NCBI GenBank assembly: GCA_001643675.2
Contig: LSRY02000057.1
Span: 460,288-524,287 of the forward strand
DNA: 64,000 nucleotides
Reading direction: 5' to 3'
Source of the DNA: Monocercomonoides exilis PA203
Lineage: Eukaryota; Protista; Preaxostyla
Shown here: piece after piece, positions 13,401-24,664 of the stretch
How the letters are laid out: every line of letters begins with the position of its first letter
How positions within the stretch are numbered: the stretch's first letter is position 1
The notes under the pieces: model-generated
Databases searched by the model: none
The model's input: only the letters and a program-made list of their open reading frames with translations
What the model was told of the DNA's origin: nothing
Program-made: the position numbers and the translations under genes

Positions 13401-16400
13401 GATCGTAGTCTGCCACTGTCATTTCCTCAAAGTCGTCGGGTGCTTCAAAATCATCGCTGTCCAAAATGCGCAGTGTGGATGAGGGATTCAGCGAGGGAGG
13501 AGGAGAAGGAGAGGGAAGAGAAGCTGTTGAGACCATAGACAGAGGAGAAGGAGATGAGGAAGAAGAAGAGGAGGAGGAGGAAATTGAAGATTGTGATTGA
13601 TTTTGAGGCAGAGAAGGAGGAGGAGCATGAGACGTGGGTGGAGGAGGGGGAGGTGGCGGGGGAGGCGGAGGAGGAGGAGGAGGTGATGGTGGTGAAGAAT
13701 GAGATGAAGTGCCAGCAGTTTGTGAATGAGGAGGAGGTGGAACAGGCAAACGAGCAGAAGACATTGAAGAAGTTCTGCTTGTTGGGCCAAGCTGAGAAGA
13801 GATAAAAGAAGAAGAAGAAGAAGAAATGGTTGAATTGTCAGCAGAAGAGAGAGAAGGAGGAGGAGCAGGCTGAGTTCTGTTTGAAGCAAAGCTGAGAGAT
13901 CGAACGGAGTTTGATTGAGAAGCAGATGAAATGGCTAAGGAATTGCTTTGAGAAGAAGAGGATGTTAAGGAAGAGGAAGAATACTGATCAGAAGAAGTGG
14001 AAAACAAAGATTGCTGTTCGATTGAAGAAGAAGAAGAAGAAATTGTTTGAGATGAAGAATTGGAAATGTTCTGAGGCTTCTGCAAAGCAAGATGAGGTGA
14101 ATGTGCAACAGGAGAAGAGGATAAACATTGTTGACATGGCGAAATCTCCTTCGGCGCTACAAGTTCATTCACAAACTCTGCGAATGACAACTGATTAGCT
14201 GTTGGAATGGATGCATTCTGCAAAGATGATGAAGATGATGAAGATGATGATGACATGTTTATTTCTCCTTCGTTTGATGAGTTTTGGTTCTGTTGAGTGT
14301 AATGTTCATACATTGTGATCACTTTCATTGGCTGCTTGCGTCTGCACAGACAAGTTGAGGACGCTATCATTTGTGTCAGAGGAAGTGTGGTGCAAATTGA
14401 AGACTTCTGCTTGTGTGTGATTGAATGTGAGGGGGGTGTATCCAAAGCACTCTTGTTTTTGAGTGCATTCGTCTCTTTTGCATTGGATTCTTTGTCATTT
14501 CCAGCTGTATCGCTTATAGACTCATTCTTTTTTGTATTGAATTCATTCTTCTCTTCTGTTTTGTTCCTCCTTCTCTCTGTCTTCTGCTTCTTCTCCTTCG
14601 CCAAGCATACTTCTGACAGAAAGGCCTCTCTGATGTCAAGCGTCAGTGACAATATCATCCTCCTCCACTCCAACACAACCCCTTCTGAATTGCACACACT
14701 CATCAGCAGATCTCTCACCTCCTTCCACACCTGATACGCCTCCACCCCGCCACTCGATGCATTCTCGTCCCATTCAACAAATGCAGTTTGTGAACATGTG
14801 CTGGATGAGGAAGGAGAGGAGCTATCAAAAGAAGTCGTTGAGTGTTGGCAGTTATCTTTTCCACTTTGATTGTTTCCATCTAATTCTGAACTCGTCTCAC
14901 CAGTAAGCAAACACCTGCAATTCAAATCCTTCCCCTTTCTTCTCATTTCCCTCTTCTTCCCCTTCCTCCTCCTCCTCTCTAACTCATCCATCATCATTCT
15001 ATCGTATCTCCTCCTCCTCTCCTTCTCCGCCTCCGACCTCACTCCAACAGCTTCTCTTAGGCAGAGGCATATGCACTGTCTCAGCAGAAGGCGGGGTGTG
15101 TGCTGTGAAACAGACAGCTGAGCAGCGGCGGCAGTCGCCTGAAGCCAGCGGATCAGAAACTGACAGCGAGAAGAATAGGAAAGCGAGTGTGGGCAGTGGG
15201 ATAAGGAGCAGAGGAGAGAGAGGGAGAGATGGTAGTGGGTGGGCTGAGGAAAGAAGGAGAAATAATATTTTATTTTTAAAACAAAATAATGAAAGAAATG
15301 AGGAAGAAATGGATTATAAAGAGAAAAGGAAAGAGAAAAATGAAAAAAGAAAGAGAATGTTAAATGAACAAAAATTATACAAAAACGCAAACAGATGGAT
15401 TGGGAACCATGTTTGTGAGGACTTTCGTGAGGCAGGCAGTGACAGCAAGGAAGAATCTCTGTTCGCTTCCTCTGCTGAATTTCACTCGCATCATCAGCTC
15501 AACCTCACTTTTGCGTATCATCTTCTGCTCTTCGTTGAACTCGGTGAATGAATTCCTTTTGCTCTTAACTTTTAAACTGAGATTGGCTTCTTTTTGTTTT
15601 TCTTCTGCTTCTTCCAATGGATTGTTAGTCTTTCTGTCTTCTCCTTCTCCTCTTTCTCCTCTTTCTCCTTTTTCCACTCCTTCTTCTTTCTCTAGCCATC
15701 TCCTCCTCTCCTCCTCTGCTTTGACCTCCTCCTCGTCTCTCATCTCCCTCACCGCGCGCATCCAGTCGCCCAGAAACGTCACACACTCCATCACAACACC
15801 TGTCAGCGATTCTTCTTCCTCTGCTTTGGCTGCTTGAAACTCGTCTTCAATCTCCTTCTGCTGCTGCCTCTTCAGCTGGCTGTACTGCTCTGCGTTCTTT
15901 TGCTTTGCCAGTGAAATCTCCTCTTTCCCTCGGCCGTCTTCACACAGCTGCCTTTCTTCGTCTTTCATCTTCAAAAGAAGCGCCTCTTCCTCCAGCCGCA
16001 TCAGCCGCCGCCTTTCGCGCCTTTCTTTCTCTCTTCTTTCTCTTCTCTCTTTTTCTCTCGCTTCTTTGTCTCTGTCCTTCGCCATGCTGCTTGGAGCCAC
16101 TTTGCAGCTCACGATTTCGTAGATAATGGACAATACAAGCTGAGAAAAGATAAAAAAAGAATAAAATAAATTCAACAGAAAATCATTTGGTCGTGTGTGA
16201 GTGTTCAATAAACATCAACAAGAAAATTAAACAAAGAATAAAAAGCATTCAATTATTCAACAATCCAATGGAATATCAAATACAAAAAGACAAGAATAAT
16301 AAAAAGAAAGCTACCTCCATTCTTCTCACAGATCCCATGAGCCAGTTGATGAACGAGAGGGAAGTCAGCCACTCTGCAAAATAAGGTGCAAAATGCAGCA

Positions 16401-17828
16401 AAATGGCAGGCGGGGCGTGTGCGGTGAAACCCAACGGCCGAGAAAAGTGAACGATTGTCGAAGGAGCAGAAGAGCCAAGCACAGAAGAGGGGTTTTGGCT
16501 GGGTGCTGAAGAGGATGAAGATGAAGATGAAGATGAGGAAGAAGAGGAAAAAGAAGAAGTGTTGTATAACTGGCTGTGTGAAGATGAGCCGAATGGCAAC
16601 GAAGGACTGGCAAGTGTGTGAAGCTTAATGTTGTGAGGAGATGCATTGTCTGCGAGAAGAAAGGAGTTGGGAAGGGGGAAGATATATAGGAAAATGAAAT
16701 ATTAATGTGATGTCAAATAAATCAAAAAGGAATCGTTTGAATTTTCACAAAATAAAAAAAGTATTCAATAAAAAATACTCTCAGCAGTATTCGCCTCACA
16801 AAACACAAGTAACACAAAAAAGAAGAGAGAGAGAAAGAGAAAGAGAAAGAGAAAGAGAAGTCCATCAAAATAATACCTGAGTCATCGTCAATGGTCAGCT
16901 TTCTGGGGAAGACGACATTCATCAGCGACTCAGCCAGGATGTTCATCCACCAGTCTCTGTATGCCACTTCCTTTCTGGTGACCTTCAGCAGGCACAGCAT
17001 CATTTTCAGTGTTTCTACCTCTTTCACCTCGTCACTGCGCTCTGCAAAGCGAAATGGCTTTTCTGTTTGATGAAAATATTACATTTTTTTGAAATGATCA
17101 AACAATGGAACATTAAAGAATACCTTGATTATAAGGGGGCAGTCGGGCATTCTCGTTTCCGTCAATCAAAAATGGCAAGTAGCAAAATGATTGCTTGATC
17201 ATTTCTTGACATCCGGGAAATCGATCATGCAATCGTCTTGCACATTCAACAAGAACATAAAATGATGTAACTCGTGCTTGCCCTTTCGCTCTAATTGAAG
17301 TATTTTGCCTGACAAACGAACCTATTTTTTAAAGAATAATTCAAAAATGATATTAAACAACAGATAATCTGCGAAATGATTATTTTTGAATCACACCTAT
17401 GAAATCAATTGACTGAAGTAATCGTTCCTCTTCAACATATTGCGTCCAAGAAAGCAGTATAACATAAAATTGTTGTATTGATTCTCCAGAAAGCGTTTCT
17501 TGGAAAAAGTTATTTTATTAAATTTAAATATAATTTCAAAAATTGATTTCTCAAGATATTCGAATAGAAAAAATAAACAAACTTTTTCCAAAAGACACTT
17601 CTAAATACTGAAGACAATCTGTAAATGTCAAAAATACTTTTTCTCCATGACTATGAATTACCAGTTGTTGTTCTTCCGGAGAAAGGCCCTCTTTTAATAT
17701 TTATTTATCTTTCAAAATTTCGTAAATCAAAAATCCACACCAAATAATGATATTAAATTTTTATATCTTTTAGCGTTTTGTTGTGAAAAATCTTCTAATT
17801 TTTCAAGTTTTTTTGAAAACTGGCTCAT
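1452..17828 (-). CDS. Giant Ral GTPase-activating protein subunit-like (Rap/Ral-GAP domain) protein, ~5072 aa, 10 exons
   Basis: Exons 17828-17741, 17690-17583, 17498-17397, 17321-17124, 17062-16877, 16649-16315, 16139-15393, 15243-10457, 10319-8768 and 8567-1452 all join in frame (15219 nt). RalGAP-like blocks: NTLFALFGSYLFE...YLSR, RLIIRDVAGRHAWDF, DEVAVFFVGK, EFAWFVRGMGW, EVLFHVAPFL, VCVVWWE, VIVIHP...YRIQI, PLFPSSIVPLPLLPLSVLVAIIN. The N-terminus resembles RalGAP alpha. Confidence 0.85.
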
Positions 17829-18152
17829 AAAATCTCTGATCAAATTGATATTCAAGCAAAATATAAAAAAAGCACAGATAAAAATAATCACTTAGTAAAA
17901 GCAAACAACAAATTATCTCTTTCAGAGATTCACCAATATCGAGCACCAAAATTTTATGAAAGCAGCAATTTAGGAAAAAAATACTTCTTTTTGAAATAAG
18001 ATAAGAAATAGGGATTATTGATCGTTTTTATTTTTGTTAAAGTGTTTTCCATTGAATGAAGCACTATTACTTGTATTTTTGATGTGATTCGATTTTTGGT
18101 TTTGCAAAATAAAAAGGAAAATGTGGAAAGTTGAATGTTTACGTGTTAGAAA

Positions 18153-18377
18153 CTAGCGTCTTGCAGAACATTTTCCACCGGGGCAGGCCGAATCAGATTG
18201 TTTGCTTCCAGAAGAACCTCCATTTGCACATCTTCCACCGGCTCTGCACTTTCCTCCTACGCATTCTGCTGCCACTTCAGGAACTTAAGAAGAGTTAGAA
18301 AAATATATTTTAAAAGAAAACTTACCGAAAAACTCAAAGAATGATGCAACAATTGCAAATAATAGAAAAGCAATCAT
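18153..18377 (-). CDS. Small secreted Cys/Gly-rich peptide, 60 aa, 2 exons
   Basis: Exon 18377-18326, intron 18325-18284 (GTAAGT...CTAAC...TAAG), exon 18283-18153. Product MIAFLLFAIVASFFEFFVPEVAAECVGGKCRAGGRCANGGSSGSKQSDSACPGGKCSARR*: a hydrophobic signal followed by a GC-richer exon standing out from AT-rich flanks. Confidence 0.8.
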
Positions 18378-18727
18378 TATTCTTTTGTATAAGAAATTTA
18401 AAGAAATGAATATGTTTTACGAGTTTTTATACATCGTTTTTTTGATCTTTTTGCTAATGTTTTCAAAACTTTTGTACTATTGATGTTTTTCTCGCAAACG
18501 TTAACTGTTGTTTTTGGAGTGGTGATGAAACCATTGAAAATCCAAAGGAAATATTTTTAAAAATCTCATTTTTTTCATTCATATGTATTTTGGAAAAATA
18601 AAGAATAATCAGCATCACAATTTTTAAAGAAGAGCCTTGCTGTAATCAAGCAAATTTGTGTATTTATTGTTTTGCATTATCAAAGATTTTGTTCAATAAA
18701 ATTGAAAGGCTTTTGAATTTAAATTCA

Positions 18728-18855
<128 letters not shown>

Positions 18856-19316
18856 GGATTGTTCGTAAATTAAAAATACAAATTTCAACAAAAAGGCAAC
18901 ATTTAGTTTTGAACTTTCAATGAACAAAAGTCAAATCTTATCACAATCGCATGCTATGGGAGAGTTTTAAAAACCAAATATCTGTGAGATTTTTCAGGAA
19001 TAAATAATAATCTCGGTTTAAATGATAATGATGTTTTAAATAAGTGAAAAAATGAGTGTAATAATTTTTTAAACCCTTCATTTTCTGTCAACATTTTCGG
19101 TTTTAATTTTTGAGATCAATACCAATTAATGAACCCTGAAAAGTGATAGAGCTATTTCATGATACGTCTTCTATTTTTTCAAGTCAAACTTAATCTTTGA
19201 AAACAAGTGATAAACATTGAAATATTGAATGATAAATGAAAAGCTAATGACAATGAATTTCAAAAATAATAAACATCCCAATAAAAATGATTTCAAAAAT
19301 AATCACACATGAAATA

Positions 19317-19585
19317 GGACAAAATATTTGACTTCAAGCATTTTCATTGAAAAATTATTCACTTTTCATTGACATTTAAAGGTCAAAATACACAATAAAA
19401 ATGGGTCCATTTTTTTGACATCCGAGAAATGCCGCAATTCCTAATGTTTTGATTTCAACGATACCTGTTTACGGATCTGAAAATCAATTTTATTTTGCAA
19501 TCTGAGTGAGTGAAATAAAGTTTGGAGAGAAGCAATTTTTGTGAGCTTTGTGTAAAAATAAGTTCGAAAGTCCGTATTTTCGCCC
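19317..19585 (+). repeat. Dispersed ~270-bp AT-rich repeat, copy 1 of 3
   Basis: ggacaaaatatttgacttca.gcattttcat...gaaaatca...aatctgag...gaaagtccgtattttc also occurs at 21012-21278 and 37656-37919. Confidence 0.85.
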
Positions 19586-19979
19586 ATATACATGATTGTG
19601 AGAAACAGAGGCGATTATTTTGAATACTTTTTTCCAGTCCATGATTTCGATTTAACAATTAGTTTTTTTCAGCATAATTAATAAACAATGATTAGTGAAT
19701 ATTCGATAAAAAGTTAACTTTGGATTTGTTTCTTCTCATTATTTGTATTTTGTGACATTTGGAACACATTTTATTGATAAAAAATAATCCAAAGATTGAA
19801 AAACTATATATATGCAAACACATCAAAAAGGTTGTTATTTCCAAACTATTCATTTTATGGATTTTTGAATTATTTTTTGGACTTTATTTTTTAATTTTTT
19901 ATCTTGAAGCACTTTTTTAAGTTATTATTATTATTTGAATCCATACAATGTTCAAATATATTTTTTTATTCATAAAACC

Positions 19980-20245
19980 GAAAATAATTCGATTTCTGAA
20001 TTAATATTTCAATTTCGGAAAAAAAATAATTCGAATTCGGAATTAATATTTCAATTTCGGAAAAAAAATAATTCGAATTCGGAATTAATATTTCAATTTC
20101 GAAAAAAAATAATTCGAATTCGGAATTAATAATTCGAATTCGAAAAAAAATAATTCGAATTCGGAATTATTATTTCAATTTCGATAAAAAATAATTCAAA
20201 TTCGGAAATTAATAATTCAATTTTGTGATTAATTAATTCGATTTG
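19980..20245. repeat. Tandem array of a ~42-bp unit with a palindromic CGAATTCG core (about 6 units, degenerating)
   Basis: Unit aaaaaaaataattcgaattcggaattaatatttcaatttcgg repeats head to tail with no unique spacers. Confidence 0.92.
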
Positions 20246-20491
20246 GAAAATGCATAAATCAATTTCGAAACGAAAATTTTTTTGATTTGAGGAATTTATA
20301 ACTTGTGTTTCGTTGTTGAATTTTTCTTTATTTTTATCTCATCTATTCTCTTTGTTTATCAATATTACGAAAATGAAGTTTTTTCATTAAAAAATTTGAT
20401 GTTTTTCTTATTTTCATAAAAGAAATGGGTGATTTTTTTTGGATTCATAACTTTTTTCTGGGTGTTGTTTTTTCAAAAATTGTTTTTCACT

Positions 20492-20907
20492 TGGAAAATA
20501 CAGATATCGCAAAAAATACAGGACATCGCACAAAATACCGGACAAGATCGATTTCACAATAACTGCAAGAGGAATAATTATGACAATTTTCCTCAAAATA
20601 TATCTCATCAATACAAACTCATTCGATAAACGAGACTTTCATTACTTCCTCGTATGTGCTCAAAAAAAATTATTTTCTGAATATCACAGAAATGGAATTT
20701 TGAGTTTCTCCGAATTTTTTATAATAATTTATTTCTGAGCACAAATGAAGCTATTTTGAAAGTTTTGAATATCAAATGAGTTAGCATTGTTGAGATATAT
20801 TTTGAGGAAAATTGTTAGAATTATTCCTCTTGCAGTTATTGTGAAATCGATCCTGTCCGGTATTTTGTGCGATGTCCGGTATTTTATTGGATATCTGTAT
20901 TTTTCAT
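20492..20907. mobile_element. MITE/foldback-like inverted repeat (arms ~20492-20673 and ~20724-20907, ~50-bp spacer)
   Basis: The arms are reverse complements (roughly 85% by eye), and the mirror ORFs 20414..20611(-) and 20787..20969(+) are nearly identical. Three ~19-bp subrepeats (aaaatac.g..atcg-like) lie near the outer ends. Confidence 0.75.
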
Positions 20908-21011
20908 TCAAATGCTATAAATTACCACAAGTGTTCCAAACCCAATGTTTAAGCTTAAAACAAATATGAAGACATCTTTTTTAAGAATTATTCATTTTTC
21001 TATGTTCATTT

Positions 21012-21278
21012 GGGACAAAATATTTGACTTCAGGCATTTTCATTTAAAAATTATGCACCTTAGATGAATTTTTTTAGATAAAATTTTTGAAAAAAATGGG
21101 TTTTTTTTTTGAAACACATGTAATGTCACAAAATATTTTGTCATTATATCAATGATATTTGCTGGCAGATATGAAAATCAAATTTACTTCAAAATCTGAG
21201 AAAGTGAAATAAAGTTATAAGTGAAACAATTTTTTAATGCTTTGTGCATAAAATGCTTGAAAGTCCGTATTTTCCCGC
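21012..21278 (+). repeat. Dispersed ~270-bp repeat, copy 2
   Basis: Co-linear similarity to 19317-19585. Confidence 0.85.
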
Positions 21279-22016
21279 ATTTGTTAATGTTCAAGGGAGT
21301 TTTTTCGAACCAAAATTTTCGAAAGGAAAATTTTTCATCAAAAATAATCTCGCAAATAAAAAAAATAAAGTGGAAATTTTTTTCTACCATTTTTCAATTC
21401 AACAAATGAGTCGAAAATTTTTTCTTTTCATCAGGTTTATCAAAAAGAGAATTGTTCTTCAACTAATTTTTTTTTGAGCGATGATTTTTGAAATTGTTGA
21501 AAAAAACTAAAAATTATTTTTTTTATCAATAGTTACAATTTTTATACACTTTTCTTTGAGTTGTAATTTTTCATTGGAGAAAAAATAACTTAAAAATTTC
21601 TGAAATCAATTCTCGATATAAATTGAAATTTTTCAGTATTAAATGAATTTTTAAATTGAAATATTATTTTTCGAAATTGATTTATTCTTTTTCGAAATCG
21701 AATTATTTTTGGTGTATATCTTCAAAATGTTGTTTTATTTTATTCAAAATGTTTGATTAAAATTAAACCATTTCCCATCAAAATGTTAAATTACGAAAAG
21801 TTCATCAATAGGAAGATTTTTTTCAATGAAAAAGCTTGAAGTGATATATTTTTTCTCATGTTCCAATAAAATAAAATAAAAAATAAAGACTTTCACATAA
21901 TATTTTTTAACAATCGAAATTTTAAATAAAACTGAACAATAAAATAAAAAACATTGTTTTCAAAAAAAGGAATTAAAAAAAGAAAAAGGAAATCAAAATA
22001 ATTACAGTTGTTATTG

Positions 22017-23139
22017 TTAGCTTAAAACAGCTGGATTTGTTTTCTTTCTATCAAAAAGAGCATCAGATCTGGAAATACGTTTGTTCTCCTTAATACGAAT
22101 TTCTCCAGCATTCGTTTTAGACTCAAGACGAGACAGCTCTTCAGCAGATAAAACTTCACTTGGTAACGATTGATGCGTTCTCTGTGATATCTCCCTGCAC
22201 ATCAAATAGTATTGAGCATACCTGAAAAAAAGAATTACGTGAAGATTTATCATGAACAAAAAATTTTTTTGTAAAAAGATTTATTTTATATTAAAAAGCA
22301 AAAAGCATACTGCTGTGGTGTAAATGTTACAGAAAATTTCAACAATTCAAGCAATTTCAATTCGGTTGTGTTGACATCTGCTAATGTAATCCAAGGAAAA
22401 GAATCAGACATATCTGCGTTCCATGGTGCTTCGTCATGAAATACTTTTCCTGCCAGAAGAAGTGACGAAAAACATACACGTCTCCAATTTGTAGGATGAA
22501 GAGTTAATCCCCCGCTTTTTATTATTCTTTCGATGTAGCACTTGAAAATTTCATATTTTTAAAAAAAATTATCTGATAAATATTCAAAAAATTAAAATAT
22601 ACACATACAAGGGACATCAAGTACGTGCAAGGATGCAACTACAATAAAAAAAAGTCGTTTTAAAAATGAAATTCAAAATACTTCGAAAACCTCTAAAGTT
22701 GATACAATCAAATTGACAAAAAATATTATTTCTTCAACTGTAGGGACATCAAATGGGCGTGGCTTTGGGTCAGTTGGAAGATTCTGCCACAATAAAATAT
22801 AAAGCATTAAAAATAAAACTTTACATATTTGAAGCAAACAAGAGGATGAAGTTCTTCAGAAAAAATATTTACTAAAATTGGAGTTGGATTAATCTTTCCA
22901 GATTCTATATGTTGCCTCAAAAGAAGACATATACTTGGTATTAGTGTAACAGGTTTTTTCATTCCAACATCACCATCAGTCATGAAGGTGCTTGTTGATG
23001 AAGAAATTCTTCGAACTGGAGCACTTGGAGTGGGCCCTTGCTTCTGTATACGACTTCCATACTTAAGTTTTTTTTCTTGAACTGGGGTTTCAAACTCCGC
23101 GGATAATGACCCTTTCGGTGGAATTGGCTCTGTACTCAT
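22017..23139 (-). CDS. Cyclin Y-like cyclin (Pho80/CCNY group), 285 aa, 5 exons
   Basis: Exons 23139-22840, 22783-22691, 22638-22609, 22540-22311, 22221-22017. Motifs SSSTSTF, IFSEELHPL, YIERII, LHPTNWRRVCFSSLLLAGKVFHDEAPWNAD, NTTELKLLELLKF and YAQYYL match cyclin Y. Confidence 0.92.
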
Positions 23140-23211
23140 TAATATATCGATTTATATGCAAATGGGTTAAGATCATAATTATTTGTTGATCATTTTTATT
23201 CCTTTTCAAGA
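23140..23211. promoter_or_regulatory. 72-bp divergent intergenic region, probable bidirectional promoter
   Basis: Cyclin ATG at 23139 (-) and SERF ATG at 23212 (+) face away from each other. Confidence 0.55.
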
Positions 23212-23490
23212 ATGACAAGTTTGGTTTTTGCTTTTGTGTGATTATTGAATGTGTTAGCAAACATCTTTATATAGGAGGGAATCAACGTGAAATTGCACGC
23301 GCAAAAGCTCAAAAAAAATTGGCTGAAACAAAGAAGGGCTCAAAGGATACGACGCCAGCCCAACAAAAGAAAGAACGGTTTGCTTCGATATTTTGGAGGA
23401 ATTGAGCAATTTTATTTTTAATTTTACAGTGATGCCGAAATCATGAGAAAAAAACAAGAAGCTGCTGCTGCCAAGAAAAAAACTGGTTAA
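23212..23490 (+). CDS. SERF: SERF/4F5-family small EDRK-rich factor, 56 aa, 3 exons (first coding exon 7 nt)
   Basis: Exons 23212-23218, 23275-23377 and 23430-23490 give MTRGNQREIARAKAQKKLAETKKGSKDTTPAQQKKERDAEIMRKKQEAAAAKKKTG*, with both hallmark motifs MTRGNQRE and RDAEIMRxKQ. Confidence 0.95.
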
Positions 23491-23784
23491 TCATATGATT
23501 TAAAGCTGGGGGAAATCATTACAAATACATTTCAGACAGAAAAATCCTTAATAACGCGCTTACATTCTCGCATAAATTTATTTTCATTTTTAAAGTTTTT
23601 TTTCTGAATCACCTTCAAAGAGATTTTTTAACTCATGTTTTTGAAGCATTCAGCCATTTCCTTGCAATAATTTAACCATTCACGATGCATTTATGAATAT
23701 TATGAGGGAGAAAAGTCTCAAGATGAATTGATTATTTTTGTGAGAAAAATGTACACTCAAAAATATGAATGCAGATGAAAGAAA

Positions 23785-24423
23785 TTAAACAATATTGGAG
23801 TAAGTTGCACTTGATGTTTGAGAATATGCAGCTGTTGGGGCTGGCCCTGTGCTTGGAATTTGAGAATCTGTTGTTTCGAGTGAATTGCGACTGAAAAACC
23901 CAAGAACACAACTTGCCACTTGAAATTTCCCAGAAGAGAAAGCAAAAAAGAAATGGTCAATGAAACAATTAAACGTTAATCAAAAGTCATCGCAAACGTT
24001 TGAAAACAATTCCAAAAATTGTCATAACGTTAAAGTAAGGAAACGCTCGGAGAAAAGCATTTTTATTATCTATAAAACATCAAAATAAGCATTTAGAAAT
24101 TATTTAAACCAATAAATACATACTAAATACAATCAATCGTACAATATCAACTACAACAGTAAAGGCAGATATTATAATGTAAACAAACAGTACACTTGGG
24201 GTACATTGATGTATTACATATAATCCCAAAACTGCAATCCACGCATTGTTGTCGTCATAATAACAGAATATATTTATCATCGAGAAAAACTAATTCATAA
24301 TTTTTGTTCAATGAAATAACAGTCTTCAAAAATAAGATTGCTTCAAAAACACACTATTATTCCAAGAAGAGAAATTCCAAATAATTTGACAATCAAAGGC
24401 AAATCCTTAATGGGCTGAAGCAT
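23785..24423 (-). CDS. Small 4-TM membrane protein, AGTRAP-like, 146 aa, 4 exons
   Basis: Exons 24423-24355, 24289-24124, 24069-23998 and 23918-23785 join in frame. Four hydrophobic helices; the pattern N..IAVLGLY..Q / TVVVDIV / MTIFGIVFKLASC resembles the AGTRAP family. Confidence 0.7.
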
Positions 24424-24664
24424 TTGTAATAAAAATTGATCTTATTGCATAATATATGTCAGATGAGAAAAACATTCAAACATATGATTAGTCAAAAGTG
24501 TTTTTTAATATTTGTTTCTGAAACAATACAAATGAATGCAAACATGTTCTCATTCAATCTCCCTTAATTAATTATTCATATTAATTAATTATTATTATTC
24601 TCAATTTACGTGATAAAAAAAGGGCATCCGAAATCGTAGAGTGAAGGGTTTTTTATTTGTGACG

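Noticed and set aside
9567-15837. Many + strand E/K/R- or S/F-rich ORFs
   Set aside because: Antisense shadows of the low-complexity RalGAP-like exons. The same applies to the short ORFs within 24665-36499 and 50305-62668.
1452-17591. Separate genes for the 2362, 567, 1650, 277, 107 and 101 aa ORFs
   Set aside because: They splice in frame into one gene; their apparent termini are translated intron sequence.
19980-20245. CRISPR-like array
   Set aside because: Units are contiguous with no unique spacers, there are no cas genes, and the context is eukaryotic.
20414-20969. Pair of similar small proteins on opposite strands
   Set aside because: A by-product of the inverted repeat, with no coding features.
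24641-24664. GTG start for the 3952-aa ORF
   Set aside because: Eukaryotic gene; an in-frame ATG is at 24665.
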